Origin: Haliangiales bacterium
GTDB taxonomy: Bacteria; Myxococcota_A; Polyangia; Haliangiales; Haliangiaceae
DNA length: 48,377 bases
Assembly (NCBI GenBank): GCA_038321315.1
Contig: JBBQEX010000005.1
Span: 164,097 to 212,473 of the forward strand
Direction of reading: 5' to 3'
Within the stretch, counting starts at the first letter, position 1. Each line of letters opens with the position of its first letter. Made by a program: the position numbers and the translations under genes. This document shows, piece after piece, positions 17,296-30,337 of this stretch. The notes beneath the pieces were generated by a model. That model ran no database searches. It saw nothing but the letters and a program-made list of their open reading frames with translations, and was not told the origin of the DNA.

Positions 17296-18879
17296 TCAGC
17301 GCGAGATCACGCGCCACGGAGGCGCGGCCGTCCAGTCGACGTTGACGTAGTCGCGGACCTTCATGCCGCTCAGGTACCAGATGCCGACCTCGCCGGTCGT
17401 CGTGTTGTGCCACGCGAGGTCGATCAGGCCGTCGTCGTCGAAGTCCTCGGTACCCATCAACTTCCAGTCCGTGCCCGCGTACGAGCCGTCGAGCGACTCG
17501 ATGCTGCGCACGGTGGTACCGCGCATCAGCCACACGCTGACGACCCCGGTCGTCGGGTTGTGCCACAGCACGTCGACGTTGCCATCACCGTCGAAGTCGC
17601 CGGTGCCCATGACCGAATTTGCAGTTCCGACGGAAGTGCGCGACAGGGCCGCACTACCGATGATGTGTCCACCGCTGAGGTACCAGACGCTCAGCTGTCC
17701 GGTCGTCGCGTTGTGCCACAGGATGTCGGCGCTGCCGTCACCGTTGAAGTCACCGGTGCCACGCACCTGCCACGTGGTGCCGGGCACGTTCCACTCGAGG
17801 TCGAACCCGCGCGTCACGGTCGTCCCGTTCACGAGCCAGATGCCGACCTCACCGCTCGACGGGTTGTGCCACAGCACGTCGGGCTTGTGATCGCCGTTGA
17901 AGTCCGCGACGCCAACCCCGAGCCACGGCGTGTTCGCAGTCCAGTTGAGAGTTGCCGCACTGGCGACCTTGCTGTCGCGGCCGATCGACCAGAACGCCAC
18001 GGCTCCGGTCGACGAATTTTGCCACAGGATGTCGCTCAGTCCGTCGCCGTTGAAGTCCTTGAGCCCGGCGCCGACGCCTTCGCTCGTGACGCACCCGCAG
18101 GACCGGTTCGAGTAGATCCGCGGGACGTCGTAGCCATCGAGGCTCCACGCCGGCAGCGTCTCGCACGGGTCACCGACCTCGCGCCAACCAGCTTCCGTCG
18201 AGATCGGGTGGGCCATCGCCTCGAAGAGCTCGTGCGAGGCATACGTCGTGAAACGGTCGATGTTGATCGAGACGCTGTCGCCACCCGCCCATGGGATCGT
18301 CGCGCCGACGACACGACGGCCATCCTCGGGGTGATAGAAGAACCAGTGATGGCCTCCGAGGCCGATGTCACCGGTCGACACGACACCGTTCGGTAGGTAG
18401 ACGACATAGACGTCGTTGACCGTCGGCGCGATGCCGGTGAGCGTGTACTTCGACGTCACGCTCGTGACGAAGTTCTGGATGTCGTCGTTGTTCACCGTCG
18501 CGGGCGGGTTGCCCGTCACGAGGGAGCCGGCGAACCGACCGGTGCCGGTCCCGTACTGCTGGACCGCGTTGAAGTAGGCGTGGTCGTTGCCGAGGAATCG
18601 CCACGCGGTGTCGATCTGGTCGCGCCACATCGCGCCACCACCGAATCCGGTCTCGTTCCAGAACGCGGTGCCCCAGTAGAGATTGTAGATGTTGACGGGA
18701 TGGGTGGCGTCGCCGAGGACCTGGGCGCCGCCGTTCGCCATGTGGTGGCAAGCGTCGACGGGGTTGTCCGGGCTCGGGATGGTGTCGGCCTGGCTGACCG
18801 TGCCATCAGCAGGATCGGCGGTGTCGACACAACCGACGCAGAGCAGCAGCGGGAACAGCGAGAGGGCGATCTTGTTCAT
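17296..18879 (-). CDS. Secreted lipoprotein: N-terminal PHI-1/EXORDIUM-like domain + FG-GAP (integrin-alpha-like) repeats
   Basis: MNKIALSLFPLLLCVGC lipobox. The N-domain (YNLYWGTAFW...YGTGTGRF...VYVVYLP...YASHELFEAMAHP) is paralogous to the N-domain of 46133..48040 and resembles the plant EXORDIUM/PHI-1 pattern. Five DFNGDGxxDILWHN FG-GAP repeats follow. Confidence 0.85.
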   Translation of the reverse strand: MNKIALSLFPLLLCVGCVDTADPADGTVSQADTIPSPDNPVDACHHMANGGAQVLGDATHPVNIYNLYWGTAFWNETGFGGGAMWRDQIDTAWRFLGNDHAYFNAVQQYGTGTGRFAGSLVTGNPPATVNNDDIQNFVTSVTSKYTLTGIAPTVNDVYVVYLPNGVVSTGDIGLGGHHWFFYHPEDGRRVVGATIPWAGGDSVSINIDRFTTYASHELFEAMAHPISTEAGWREVGDPCETLPAWSLDGYDVPRIYSNRSCGCVTSEGVGAGLKDFNGDGLSDILWQNSSTGAVAFWSIGRDSKVASAATLNWTANTPWLGVGVADFNGDHKPDVLWHNPSSGEVGIWLVNGTTVTRGFDLEWNVPGTTWQVRGTGDFNGDGSADILWHNATTGQLSVWYLSGGHIIGSAALSRTSVGTANSVMGTGDFDGDGNVDVLWHNPTTGVVSVWLMRGTTVRSIESLDGSYAGTDWKLMGTEDFDDDGLIDLAWHNTTTGEVGIWYLSGMKVRDYVNVDWTAAPPWRVISR

Positions 18880-18927
18880 ACCCGCTAGATGCGGTCGAAC
18901 TCCGATGTGACAGAGCTCGAAGCAAGC

Positions 18928-20039
18928 TCACCACGCGCCGCAGCGGATCGGGCCGAACCGATCGGCGTCATCGAGCCGATCGCGGATCAGCGTGCCCATG
19001 CGGCTCGTCGACACCACCGCGCCGCCAGATCCGGGTGGCGCGATGTCGGCGGTCCGGCTCCCTGCTGCGATCGTCGCTGCGACCGCGTCCTCGACCGCGT
19101 GCGCCTCGGCGTCGAGCCCGAGCGAGTGCCGGAGCAGCAACGCGGCGCTGAGGACCGTGCCGATCGGATTCGCCGCGCCGGTGCCGGCGATGTCGGGCGC
19201 CGAGCCGTGGATCGGCTCGTACAAGCCGCACCGGCCGTCTCCGAGCGACGCGCTCGGGCACAAGCCGAGCGAGCCCGCGAGAACCGAGGCCTCGTCGCTG
19301 AGGATATCGCCGAACATGTTCTCGGTCACGATCACGTCGAATTGCGCGGGCGAGGTGATCAGGCGCATCGCGGCCGAATCGACGAGCTGATGGTCGAGTT
19401 GCACGTCGGGGTAGCGAGCCGCGACCTCGGTCGCGATCTGTCGCCACAGGCGCGAGGATTCGAGGACGTTCGCCTTGTCGATCGACGTGACGCGACCCCG
19501 CCGGCCGCGCGCGAGCTTGAACGCGAGCTCGACGACGCGCTCGATCTCGTGATCGGAGTACTCCAGCGTGTCGACCGCGCGCCGGCGACCGGCGTGCTCG
19601 TCGCGCCGGCGCGGGCCGAAGTACAACCCACCGGTCAGCTCGCGGATCACGAGGACATCGACGCCGGCGAGCCGCTCGGGGCGGAGCGGCGAGCAGCCGG
19701 CGAGCTCGCTGTACGGTCGCACCGGACGAAGATTCGCCCACAGCCCGAGTTGCCTGCGCAGCGCGAGCAGGCCCTGCTCGGGCCGGACCGGGGCGTTCGG
19801 ATCGTCCCAGCGCGGCCCACCGACGGCCCCGAGCAAGATGGCATCGGCCTCGCGACAGCTCGCGAGCGCGGCATCCGACAGCGCGGTGCCGTGCGCGTCG
19901 ATCGACACACCGCCGATCGGCTGCTCGACGAACTGAAAGCGGTGACCGAACAGGCTCGCGACGGTGTCGAGGACGCGGCGGCCTTCCTCGACGACCTCGG
20001 GGCCGATGCCGTCACCGGGAAACAAGACGATCGTGGCCT

Positions 20040-20043
<4 letters not shown>
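18928..20043 (-). CDS. leuB: 3-isopropylmalate dehydrogenase
   Basis: [18 protein letters not shown]...NLRP...[10 protein letters not shown] signature. ATG at 20043 overlaps the upstream gene's stop (ATGA). Confidence 0.95.
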
Positions 20044-21621
<1,578 letters not shown>

Positions 21622-21638
<17 letters not shown>

Positions 21639-22194
21639 ACGCCTCGATGTCGGGAAGGTGAGTCATCAGGAACCCGAGCTCGTCGACGCCGTCGAGCAAG
21701 CAGCGGCGCGCGAACGCGTCGACGGTGAACGCGGTGGTCGCGAACCCCGGCGCGCGCAGCTCCCGAGCCTCGAGATCGATCGTGATCTCGAGCGCGGCAT
21801 CGGCGGCGATCGCCGCGGCGAGCTGGGCATGGAGGGTGCTCGGCACGACCACCGGGACGAGCCCGTTCTTGAGCGCGTTGCCGCGGAAGATGTCGGCGAA
21901 CGACGGCGCGACGACGGCGCGAAACCCGCCGGCGACGAGGGCCCACGCGGCGTGCTCGCGCGACGAGCCGCATCCGAAGTTGTCGCCGGCGACGAGGATC
22001 TGCGCGCCGGCGCTGTGCGGCGCCCCGATCGGGCAGTCCGGACGCGCGCGCCAGTCGGCGAACAGCGCGTCGGCGAGCCCGGCCTTGTCGGTGCCCTTCA
22101 GGTATCGCGCGGGGATGATCTGATCGGTATCGACATCGGCGTCGAGCACCAGGACGGCACGTGCCACGAGCTGGGTGAAGCGTGGGGTGGTCAT
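21622..22194 (-). CDS. leuD: 3-isopropylmalate dehydratase small subunit
   Basis: [17 protein letters not shown] motif. 190 aa. ATG at 22194 overlaps the leuC stop (ATGA). Track ORF 21622..22719 has a spurious N-terminal extension. Confidence 0.9.
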
Positions 22195-25133
22195 GCGGTC
22201 CTCGTCTCGGGCAGGAACGTCCGCGGGTCGGTGACTCGACCGGTCACGGCCGAGGCCGCGGCGGTCTGTGGCGACGCGAGCAGCGTGCGGCCACCAGGGC
22301 CCTGGCGACCCTCGAAGTTGCGGTTCGACGTCGACACCGCCAGCTGGCCGGGCTGCAGCTGGTCGCCGTTCATCGCGATGCACATCGAACATCCGGGCTC
22401 GCGCCACTCGGCGCCCGCGTCGCGGAACACGCGATCGAGTCCCTCGGCTTCGGCCGCGGCCTTGATCGCGGCGCTGCCTGGCACGACCAGCATGCGCACG
22501 CCGCGGTCGACCCGACGGCCCCGCAGGATGTCGGCCGCGGCGCGGAGATCGCCGATCCGCGAGTTCGTGCACGAGCCGACGAACACGACATCGACCTTCA
22601 TGCCGAGCAGCGGGACGCCGGGCGCGACGCGCGTGTAGCGCACCGCGGCCTCGAGCTGCGGCGACGTCTCGGGCACCCGCTGCGTGATCCCGATCCCGTG
22701 GCCGGGGTTGGTGCCCCACGTGATCATCGGCTCGAGCACCGTGGCATCGATGTGCAGCTCGCGATCGAAGACCGCGCCGTCGTCGGTGGCGAGCGCGCGC
22801 CAGCGCTCCACCGCGCGATCCCAGTCCGCGCCCGACGGTGCGTGGGGCCGGCCCGCGAGGTACGCGAACGTCGTGTCGTCAGGCGCGATCATGCCGGCGC
22901 GTGCACCGGCCTCGATCGACATGTTGCAGACCGTCATGCGGCCATCCATGTCGAGCGCGCGGATCGCCTCGCCGGCATACTCGATCACGTGGCCGGTCGC
23001 GCCACCGATCCCGATCTTCGCGATCATCGCGAGGATCAGATCCTTCGCGGTGACGCCACGGCCCGGTAGACCGTCGAACGTCACGCGCAACGTGCGCGGC
23101 CGGCGCTGCAGCAGGCACTGGGTCGCGAGGACGTGCTCGACCTCGCTCGTGCCGATGCCGAACGCGAGCGCGCCGAACGCGCCGTGCGTCGACGTGTGCG
23201 AGTCGCCGCACACGATCGTCATCCCGGGTTGCGTGAGCCCTTGTTCCGGGCCGATCACGTGCACGATGCCGTGACCCGGCGAACCGAGCGCGTGCAGGGT
23301 GATCCCGTGCTCGGCGCAATTCGTCTCGAGCCGGCGCAGCTGGGCGCGCGCGGCGTCGTCGGCGATCGCGAGTCCGCCCGCGCGCGTCGGCGTCGAGTGA
23401 TCCATCGTCGCGACCGTGCGGGCCGGTCGCCGGACGGGCAGGCCGCGCGTCGCGAGGCCCGCGAACGCCTGCGGCGACGTGACCTCGTGAACCAGGTGGA
23501 GATCGACGTAGAGGATCGCGGGCGCATCGGGCGGCGACGCCGCGACATGCGCGTCCCAGACCTTGGCGAACAGCGTGCGTGGTGGCGGCCGCGTGTCGAG
23601 CGCGCGGTCGAGCACGCGATTGACGGCGGCGAGGTACGCCTTCGCACTCGCGACGACGATGTCGGTGTCGGCGCCGTGCCCGCGGGCGATGCCGGTGCCG
23701 GCTCCAGGTCGAACGCGGACGCTGACCTCGCCGAGTGCGTCGATGCCGGCGGTCACGGCATCGACGTGGTACTCGAGGAGCTCGACGCGAACTCCGACGA
23801 TGGCGTCGATCGCCTTGAACGCGGCGTCGACCGGTCCGGTGCCGATCGCGGCCTGCACCACGAGCTGGTCGTCGGGTCCGCGCAGGCGCACGGTGGCGGT
23901 CGACATCCCGGTCGTGCCGCAGCCGACCTGCATGCCGTCGAGCACGTAGTGCGCCGATGGTGCACCCCGCTCGCTCGCGGCCAGCGCGAGCAGGTCGGCC
24001 TCGCCGACGTACTGCTTGCGATCCGCGATGGCCTTGAAGCGCTCGAACGCGCGCGCCAGCGCCGCACCGTCGAGGCTGATGCCGAGGGCGGCGAGCTGGT
24101 CGGCGAACGCATGACGCCCCGAGTGTTTGCCGAGCACGAGGCGACTGCCAAGCGCGCCGACGTCCTCGGGTCGCATGATCTCGTAGGTCGCCTGGTGCTT
24201 GAGCATCCCGTCCTGGTGGATGCCCGACTCGTGCGCGAACGCGTTGGCTCCGACCACCGCCTTGTTGGGTGGCACGACGAATCCGGTGCAGCTCGCGACC
24301 AGCTTCGACAGCCGTGTCAGCTGTGGCGTCTCGATCCCGGTGTCGAGCCCGATCACCGCGCGCCGCGTTCGCAGCGCCATCACGAGCTCCTCGAGCGAGC
24401 AGTTGCCGGCGCGTTCGCCGATGCCGTTCACGGTGACCTCGGCCTGGCGCGCGCCCGCTCGCAGACCCGCGAGCGTGTTGGCGACCGCGAGGCCGAGGTC
24501 ATCGTGACAATGAACCGAGATGATCACGCCGCTCGCGCCCGGGACGTTCGCGAGGATCCCGGTGATCAGCGCACCGAACTCGTCGGGGAGCGTGTAGCCG
24601 ACGGTGTCGGGGATGTTGAGCGTCGTCGCGCCCGCCGCGATCGCGCGCTCGAGCACCTCGTAGAGGAACGCGGGATCGCTGCGACCGGCATCCTCGGGCG
24701 AGAACTCGACGTCATCGCAGTAGGTCTTCGCGTAGGCGACGATCTCGGATACGCGGGTCTTCACGTCGACACGCGACATCCGCAGCTTGTGCTCGAGGTG
24801 CAGATCGCTCGTCGCGAGGAACGTGTGGAGGCGCGGGCGCTGGGCGCCGCGGACCGCCTCCCACGCGCGATCGACGTCGACGCGGGTCGCGCGCGCGAGG
24901 CCCGCGATGATCGGCGGCTCGGGCCTCGCGTCGTGCGGCATGCCGACCTCGCGTGCGATCGCACGCACGGCCTCGAGATCGCCAGGAGACGCGGCGGGAA
25001 AGCCGGCCTCGATCACGTCGACCCCGATGCGCGAGAGAGCGCGCGCGATCTCGAGCTTCTCGGCGGGCTGGAGCGTCGCGCCCGGCGCCTGTTCGCCGTC
25101 GCGCAGCGTGGTGTCGAAGATGCGGATGTACAT
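22191..25133 (-). CDS. leuA-leuC: 2-isopropylmalate synthase (LeuA) fused in-frame to 3-isopropylmalate dehydratase large subunit (LeuC); 980-aa single ORF
   Basis: The N-terminal 515 aa carry the LeuA TIM barrel ([18 protein letters not shown]...) and the LeuA_dimer domain ending [19 protein letters not shown] 12-aa linker [12 protein letters not shown] follows, then the LeuC N-terminus [11 protein letters not shown]...[17 protein letters not shown] with [19 protein letters not shown] and [11 protein letters not shown] motifs. The junction was translated by hand: the two halves share one frame, and no stop was found in either alternative frame across the junction. Confidence 0.85.
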   Translation of the reverse strand: MYIRIFDTTLRDGEQAPGATLQPAEKLEIARALSRIGVDVIEAGFPAASPGDLEAVRAIAREVGMPHDARPEPPIIAGLARATRVDVDRAWEAVRGAQRPRLHTFLATSDLHLEHKLRMSRVDVKTRVSEIVAYAKTYCDDVEFSPEDAGRSDPAFLYEVLERAIAAGATTLNIPDTVGYTLPDEFGALITGILANVPGASGVIISVHCHDDLGLAVANTLAGLRAGARQAEVTVNGIGERAGNCSLEELVMALRTRRAVIGLDTGIETPQLTRLSKLVASCTGFVVPPNKAVVGANAFAHESGIHQDGMLKHQATYEIMRPEDVGALGSRLVLGKHSGRHAFADQLAALGISLDGAALARAFERFKAIADRKQYVGEADLLALAASERGAPSAHYVLDGMQVGCGTTGMSTATVRLRGPDDQLVVQAAIGTGPVDAAFKAIDAIVGVRVELLEYHVDAVTAGIDALGEVSVRVRPGAGTGIARGHGADTDIVVASAKAYLAAVNRVLDRALDTRPPPRTLFAKVWDAHVAASPPDAPAILYVDLHLVHEVTSPQAFAGLATRGLPVRRPARTVATMDHSTPTRAGGLAIADDAARAQLRRLETNCAEHGITLHALGSPGHGIVHVIGPEQGLTQPGMTIVCGDSHTSTHGAFGALAFGIGTSEVEHVLATQCLLQRRPRTLRVTFDGLPGRGVTAKDLILAMIAKIGIGGATGHVIEYAGEAIRALDMDGRMTVCNMSIEAGARAGMIAPDDTTFAYLAGRPHAPSGADWDRAVERWRALATDDGAVFDRELHIDATVLEPMITWGTNPGHGIGITQRVPETSPQLEAAVRYTRVAPGVPLLGMKVDVVFVGSCTNSRIGDLRAAADILRGRRVDRGVRMLVVPGSAAIKAAAEAEGLDRVFRDAGAEWREPGCSMCIAMNGDQLQPGQLAVSTSNRNFEGRQGPGGRTLLASPQTAAASAVTGRVTDPRTFLPETRTA

Positions 25134-25134
25134 C

Positions 25135-26154
25135 TCACTCCCCCGGCTTGACGGTGACGGGATCGAGGAACGGCATCATCGCGCGCAGCTCCGCGCCGAC
25201 CTTCTCGATCGGCTGTTCCTGCTCGGCGCGACGGCGTGCCTTGAACTCGGGCGAGCCGTTTCCGACCTCGGCGATCCACGCCTTCGCGAAGCTGCCGCTG
25301 CGAATGTCGGCGAGCAGCTTCTGCATCGCCGCCTTGGCCTCCGGACCGATCACCTTGTCGCCGGCGACGTAGTCACCCCACTCGGCGGTGTCCGACACCG
25401 AGTAGCGCATGTAGTTGAGTCCGCCGCGGTACATGAGGTCGACGATCAACTTGAGCTCGTGCAGACACTCGAAGTACGCGACCTCGGGCTGATAGCCCGC
25501 GTCGGTCAGCGTCTCGAAGCCCGCCTTGACGAGCGCGGAGACGCCGCCGCACAACACGGCCTGCTCGCCGAACAGATCGGTCTCGGTCTCCTCGGCGAAC
25601 GTGGTCTCGAGCACCCCGGCGCGCGCGCATCCGAGCGCGGAGGCGTACGCGAGGGCGAGCGCGTGGGCCGCGGGCGACGACGCCGGATGGACCGCGAGCA
25701 GTGCCGGCGTGCCGCCGCCCTCGCGATAGGTCTCGCGGACGCGATGGCCGGGCGCCTTCGGCGCGATGAGAGCGACGTCGACGCCGACCGGCGGCGTGAT
25801 CGTGCCGTAGTGGATGTTGAAACCGTGCGCGAACAGGAGCGTCTTCCCGCTGCCGGCGGCGAACTGTGGGGCCACGCGGTCCCGCCAGATCTCGGCCTGC
25901 GCGGTGTCGGGCGCGAGCATCATGAGCACGTCGCACCACGCGGCCACCTCGTCGACCGACCCGACGGTGAGGCCGGCCTCCTTCGCCGTGGCGATCCGGC
26001 GCGAGGTCGGCGCGAGGCCGACCCGGACCTCGACGCCGGAGTCGCGCAGGTTGAGCGCGTGCGCGTGCCCTTGCGAGCCGTAGCCGACGACGGCCACCTT
26101 CTTCGATTGGATCAGACGGAGATCAGCGTCGCGGTCGTAGAAGATGCGGGCCAT
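25135..26154 (-). CDS. ilvC: Ketol-acid reductoisomerase (class I)
   Basis: [40 protein letters not shown]. 339 aa. ATG at 26154. Track ORF 25135..26376 has an Arg-rich spurious extension. Confidence 0.95.
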   Translation of the reverse strand: MARIFYDRDADLRLIQSKKVAVVGYGSQGHAHALNLRDSGVEVRVGLAPTSRRIATAKEAGLTVGSVDEVAAWCDVLMMLAPDTAQAEIWRDRVAPQFAAGSGKTLLFAHGFNIHYGTITPPVGVDVALIAPKAPGHRVRETYREGGGTPALLAVHPASSPAAHALALAYASALGCARAGVLETTFAEETETDLFGEQAVLCGGVSALVKAGFETLTDAGYQPEVAYFECLHELKLIVDLMYRGGLNYMRYSVSDTAEWGDYVAGDKVIGPEAKAAMQKLLADIRSGSFAKAWIAEVGNGSPEFKARRRAEQEQPIEKVGAELRAMMPFLDPVTVKPGE

Positions 26155-26693
26155 GGGGAGGTTCCTTGTGGTTGGGCTTCTGCGGAAGTCGAAGAGGGGG
26201 ATCGTGGCGTCGGCTCGCCGCGGGTCATCGCGACCACGCCGGTGCGGACCATCTCGAGGACACCCTCGGGTGCGAGTACGCCGACGAGGTCGTCGATCTT
26301 GTCGTGGGTCGCGGTCAGCTCGATGGTGACGAGCTCGGCGGTCATGTCGATGACCCGCGCGCCGAACACCTCGCACACCTGCAGGATCCGAGGACGCGAG
26401 CCGGCGCTGGCGCGCACCTTGATGAGCGCGAGCTCGCGGGCGATCGACGGCGAGAACGTGACGTCCTCGACGAGCAGGACGTTGACCAGCTTGTAGAGGT
26501 TGGCCTCGATCCGCCGCGCGCTGTCCTCGTCGGCCTCGATCACCAGCGTGAGACGCGAGACGCCGGGCTCGGCGGTGCGCCCGACGGTCAGCGACGCGAT
26601 GTTGAACCCGCGGCGCCGGAACAGCGACGCGATCCGGTTCAGCACGCCGGGCTTGTCCTCGACGCGCGCGATGAACGTGTGGGTCTTGGTCAT
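26112..26693 (-). CDS. ilvH: Acetolactate synthase small (regulatory) subunit
   Basis: ACT domain [38 protein letters not shown]. Its 3' end overlaps the ilvC start by 43 nt in this frame, so the true stop or a C-terminal extension is uncertain. Confidence 0.85.
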   Translation of the reverse strand: MTKTHTFIARVEDKPGVLNRIASLFRRRGFNIASLTVGRTAEPGVSRLTLVIEADEDSARRIEANLYKLVNVLLVEDVTFSPSIARELALIKVRASAGSRPRILQVCEVFGARVIDMTAELVTIELTATHDKIDDLVGVLAPEGVLEMVRTGVVAMTRGEPTPRSPSSTSAEAQPQGTSPWPASSTTATLISV

Positions 26694-26694
26694 G

Positions 26695-28431
26695 TCAGGG
26701 GTCCTCGGCGGTCTCGACCAGGGCGCTGGTAGGCTTGGGGCGGCGGATCATCTCGGCGAGATCCGCGCCGCTCGGCACCATCGGGTAGACCGAGTCCTCT
26801 TGCTCGACGCGGAAGTCGATCACCACCGTGCCGGGCGTCGCCTGCGCGGCACGCACCGTGCTCTCGACCTCGGCGCGCTTGGTCACGCGCATCGCGGTGA
26901 GGCCGTGCGCCTCGGCGAGCTTCACGAAGTCGGGCGACCGCATCGGCGTCGACGAGTAGCGACCGCCGTAGAAGAACTGTTGCCACTGCCGGACCATCCC
27001 GAGATAGCCGTTGTTGATGATCGCGACGTTGACCTTCACGCCCTCCTGCGCCGCGGTCGACAGCTCGCATGCGGTCATCTGGAAGCCGCCGTCGCCGGCG
27101 ATCACCCAGATCTCCTCGTCGGGGCACGCGAACCGCGCGCCGATCGCGGCGGGCAGCGCGAACCCCATCGTGCCGAGCCCGCCGGAGGTCAGGAGCTTCC
27201 GCGGGTAGTCGTGCTTGTAGTACTGCGCCTCCCACATCTGGTGCTGGCCGACGTCGGTCACGACGAGAGCGCGGCCCTCGGTGAGCCGCCAGAGATCGTG
27301 GATCACGTGGGCCGCGTAGAGCCGACCCTCGTCGGGCAGGCCCTGGATGTCGCGCACCGCGCTGTCGCCCTTGAGCGCGTCGATGTGCGCGAGCCACGGC
27401 GCGCGCTGGCGCGCGGCGACCCGCGGCGTGAGGGCCTCGAGCACGCGACCGACGTCGTCGACCAGCGCGACGTCGACCTTGACGTTCTTGCCGACCTCGC
27501 TGCGATCGATCTCGACGTGGATCTTGCGCGCGCTCGGGGCGTAGGTCGCGAGCCGGCCGGTGACGCGATCGTCGAACCGCATGCCGAGCGCGATCAACAG
27601 GTCGGCCTCCTGGATCGCGTGGTTGACCCACGCCTCGCCGTGCATGCCCATCATGCCGAGCGCGAGCGGGTGGCTCGCGGGGAACCCCCCGAGGCCGAGC
27701 AGCGTCGCCGCCACCGGGATGTGGGCCTTGTCGACGAACGCGCGCAGGAGGTCACCGGCACCCGCCTTGACGATGCCGTGGCCCGCGAGCACGACGGGAC
27801 GCTCCGCGCGATCGATGAGATCCGCGGCGCGCGCGAGCAACTCGTCGGGCGCGTGGGACGACGGTCGGTAGCCGGGCAGCGTCGGCGCGCCGGTCGGCGA
27901 GCGCCAGGTGCCGGTCGCTTGCTGTGCATCCTTGCAGATATCGACGAGGACCGGCCCGGGTCGACCGCTGCGCGCCAGGAAGAAGGCTTCGCGAATCGTC
28001 GACGCGATGTCGTCGACGCTGGTGACCAGGTAGTTGTGCTTCGTGATCGGTAGCGTCACGCCGGTGACGTCGGTCTCCTGAAACGCGTCGCTGCCGAGCA
28101 GCGTCGACGACACCTGGCCGGTGATGAACACGACCGGGACCGAGTCCATCATCGCGGTCGCGATCCCGGTGACCAGGTTCGTCGCGCCCGGGCCGCTGGT
28201 CGCGAGCGCGACGCCGACCTTGCCCGAGGCGCGCGCGTAGCCGTCGGCCATGTGCGCGGCGCCCTGTTCGTGCCGGACCAGCACGTGGCGGATCCGATCC
28301 GCGTACTTCAGCATCGCGTCGTACGCCGGCATGATCGCGCCGCCCGGATACCCGAACACGACCTCGACGCCCTCGGCGACGAGCGCCTCCCACAGGATCT
28401 CCGCGCCGGTGAGCCGACGCCCATCGGTCAC
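26695..28431 (-). CDS. ilvB: Acetolactate synthase large subunit (TPP enzyme)
   Basis: GTG start at 28431 ([31 protein letters not shown]), preceded by a GGAGG Shine-Dalgarno 5 nt upstream, and overlapping the ilvD stop (GTGA). TPP-binding GDGGFQM...NN motif. The track's N-terminal 170 aa are an Arg-rich artifact. Confidence 0.9.
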   Translation of the reverse strand: MTDGRRLTGAEILWEALVAEGVEVVFGYPGGAIMPAYDAMLKYADRIRHVLVRHEQGAAHMADGYARASGKVGVALATSGPGATNLVTGIATAMMDSVPVVFITGQVSSTLLGSDAFQETDVTGVTLPITKHNYLVTSVDDIASTIREAFFLARSGRPGPVLVDICKDAQQATGTWRSPTGAPTLPGYRPSSHAPDELLARAADLIDRAERPVVLAGHGIVKAGAGDLLRAFVDKAHIPVAATLLGLGGFPASHPLALGMMGMHGEAWVNHAIQEADLLIALGMRFDDRVTGRLATYAPSARKIHVEIDRSEVGKNVKVDVALVDDVGRVLEALTPRVAARQRAPWLAHIDALKGDSAVRDIQGLPDEGRLYAAHVIHDLWRLTEGRALVVTDVGQHQMWEAQYYKHDYPRKLLTSGGLGTMGFALPAAIGARFACPDEEIWVIAGDGGFQMTACELSTAAQEGVKVNVAIINNGYLGMVRQWQQFFYGGRYSSTPMRSPDFVKLAEAHGLTAMRVTKRAEVESTVRAAQATPGTVVIDFRVEQEDSVYPMVPSGADLAEMIRRPKPTSALVETAEDP

Positions 28432-30089
28432 GTGAGCCTCCAGGTCTTGACGTCCGTGGTGATCGCGCCGTCGGAGGCACTCGAGACGGTGGCCGCGTAC
28501 TTCCGCATCACGCCGATGAGCGGGCGTTGTGGGCGCTGCAACGGCACGCGTCCGGTGAGATCCGCGAGCACGTCGAGCCGGCGGTTGGCGACGTCGATCC
28601 GGATCCGATCGCCGTGACGAAGCAGGTCGATCGGGCCACCGGCGGCGGCCTCCGGGCAGACATGGCCGACCATGAACCCGTGCGTCGCGCCGCTGAACCG
28701 ACCGTCGGTGACGAGCGCGACGTCGTCGGCGAGGCCAGCGCCGACCAGCGCACCGGTGACCTGGAGCATCTCGCGCATCCCGGGGCCGCCGCGTGGACCC
28801 TCGTTGCGGATCACGATCACGTCGCCGCGGACGATCGTGCCGGCGGTGACCGCGGCGTATGCGGTCTCCTCGCTGTCGAACACGCGCGCCGGCCCCTCGT
28901 GGAGCTCGCGGTCGTGGCCAGCGAGCTTCACCACGCATCCATCGGGAGCGAGCGAGCCGCGCAGGATCGCGAAACCGCCGCGCGCCTTGATCGGCGCCCC
29001 GACCGCGACGATCACCTGCTGGCCGTCGGCTTCACGCGCCGCATCGGCCTCGCCGCGCAGCGTCTTGCCGGTGACCGTCGGCGCGTCCTCGAGGAGGTTC
29101 GCGTCGAGCAACCGGCGCACGAGGAGTCCGATGCCACCGGCGGCGTACATGTCGGCGGCGGCGAAGCGCCCACCCGGCTTCAAGTCGGCGATCACCGGCG
29201 TGCGCGCGGCGATCGTGTCGAACTCGTCGATCGTGAGGGGCAGCCCGGCCTCGCGGGCGATCGCGAGCATGTGCAACACGCCGTTGGTCGAGCCGCCGGT
29301 CGCCGCGATCGACACGATCGCGTTGCGCAGCGAGGTCGGCGTCAGGAACTGTCGCGCGTTCCGCCCGTCGCGCACGAGCGCCATCACCATCTCGCCGGCC
29401 TCGCGCGCGACCCGCGACTTGTCGGGCGCGGTCGCGGGAACCTCGCCGGCGCCGATCGCCGAGAGCCCGAGCACCGCGAGCGCGGTCGCCATCGTGTTGG
29501 CGGTGAACTGGCCACCGCACGCGCCCGCGCCGGGGCACGCGGCATCCTCGAGCGCGCGCAGGTCTCCGTCGGTCATCGCGCCGCGCGCATGGGCGCCGAC
29601 CGCTTCGAACACGTCCTGGATCGTCACGTCCTTGCCGCGAAACCGACCGGGCTGGATCGGCCCGCCGTAGAACACGAGGCCGGGCAGGTCGAGGCGCGCG
29701 AGCGCCATCGCCGCGGCCGGCAGGGTCTTGTCGCATCCGACAAGCACGACCACGCCGTCGACCATGTGCCCGAACGCGACGAGCTCGATCGAATCGGCGA
29801 TCACCTCGCGCGACACGAGCGAGGCCCGCATGCCCTCGGTTCCCATCGTCACGCCGTCGGACACCGCGATCGTGTTGAACTTGATTGGGGTGTTTTCGGC
29901 CGCGCGCACGCCGCGCTTGACCTCCTCGGCGAGCGCGCGCAGATGCAGATTGCACGGCATGACGTCGGTGTGGCTGCCGACGACGGCGATCAGCGGCCGC
30001 TCGAGGTCAGCGTCGGTGAGTCCGGTGGCCTTGAGCATGGCGCGTGCGGGCGCGCGGCTCGGGCCCTTCTTCAGTTGATCGCTTCTCAT
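28428..30089 (-). CDS. ilvD: Dihydroxy-acid dehydratase
   Basis: [26 protein letters not shown]...CDKTLP...SDGRFSG motifs. ATG at 30089. First gene of the minus-strand ilv-leu cluster. Confidence 0.95.
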   Translation of the reverse strand: MRSDQLKKGPSRAPARAMLKATGLTDADLERPLIAVVGSHTDVMPCNLHLRALAEEVKRGVRAAENTPIKFNTIAVSDGVTMGTEGMRASLVSREVIADSIELVAFGHMVDGVVVLVGCDKTLPAAAMALARLDLPGLVFYGGPIQPGRFRGKDVTIQDVFEAVGAHARGAMTDGDLRALEDAACPGAGACGGQFTANTMATALAVLGLSAIGAGEVPATAPDKSRVAREAGEMVMALVRDGRNARQFLTPTSLRNAIVSIAATGGSTNGVLHMLAIAREAGLPLTIDEFDTIAARTPVIADLKPGGRFAAADMYAAGGIGLLVRRLLDANLLEDAPTVTGKTLRGEADAAREADGQQVIVAVGAPIKARGGFAILRGSLAPDGCVVKLAGHDRELHEGPARVFDSEETAYAAVTAGTIVRGDVIVIRNEGPRGGPGMREMLQVTGALVGAGLADDVALVTDGRFSGATHGFMVGHVCPEAAAGGPIDLLRHGDRIRIDVANRRLDVLADLTGRVPLQRPQRPLIGVMRKYAATVSSASDGAITTDVKTWRLT

Positions 30090-30107
30090 GTGGCTTCTGA
30101 ATTCCTC

Positions 30108-30153
30108 GTCGGAAAAACAAAAGACCCCGCCACCCAGGAGTGGGTGCGGGGCC
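30108..30153 (-). terminator. Intrinsic terminator (attenuator terminator) in the ilvD 5' leader
   Basis: Minus-strand RNA is CCCCGCACCC-acuccu-GGGUGGCGGGG, a 10-bp GC stem with one bulge, followed by UCUUUUGUUUUUCC. The U-tract ends about 24 nt upstream of the ilvD ATG. Confidence 0.6.
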
Positions 30154-30184
30154 AGTGGTCGTGAACTCGTTAGTTCAGGATCGG

Positions 30185-30337
30185 CTACCCGCACCCGGGG
30201 CTAATCAGGGAGATGCCAATAAGGCGAAGTCCCTCGAGCCCGAGCGCGATCAGCGATACGAGTGCCGGCGCTACGCACGCCCCGCCGTAGATGCTGGTCG
30301 GCATCTCCGTCGGCGAGTCGTTCGCGTCAAACTGCAT
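30185..30337 (-). CDS. Branched-chain amino-acid leader peptide (ilv/leu attenuator leader), 50 aa
   Basis: Hand-translated sequence is [50 protein letters not shown] followed by a TAG stop. 14 of the last 29 residues are Ile/Leu/Val. Several use codons rare for this genome (GTA x2, CTT x2, ATT x2). The stop codon sits inside GGGUGCGGGUAG, a perfect 9-nt complement of the terminator 5' arm CCCGCACCC. Confidence 0.55.
   Translation of the reverse strand: MQFDANDSPTEMPTSIYGGACVAPALVSLIALGLEGLRLIGISLISPGCG

Noticed and set aside
30108-30153. Terminator hairpin as simply the 3' terminator of the upstream LRR gene
   Set aside because: The hairpin lies about 390 nt beyond that gene's frameshifted end and only 24 nt before ilvD. 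It is paired with a BCAA-rich mini-ORF whose stop overlaps a perfect anti-terminator complement. The attenuator interpretation explains more features, though this alternative cannot be excluded without transcript data.
26500-30164. Plus-strand ORFs 26500..28053 and 28527..30164, and minus ORFs 27752..28480 and 29032..29955
   Set aside because: Antisense or alternative-frame shadows of ilvB and ilvD.
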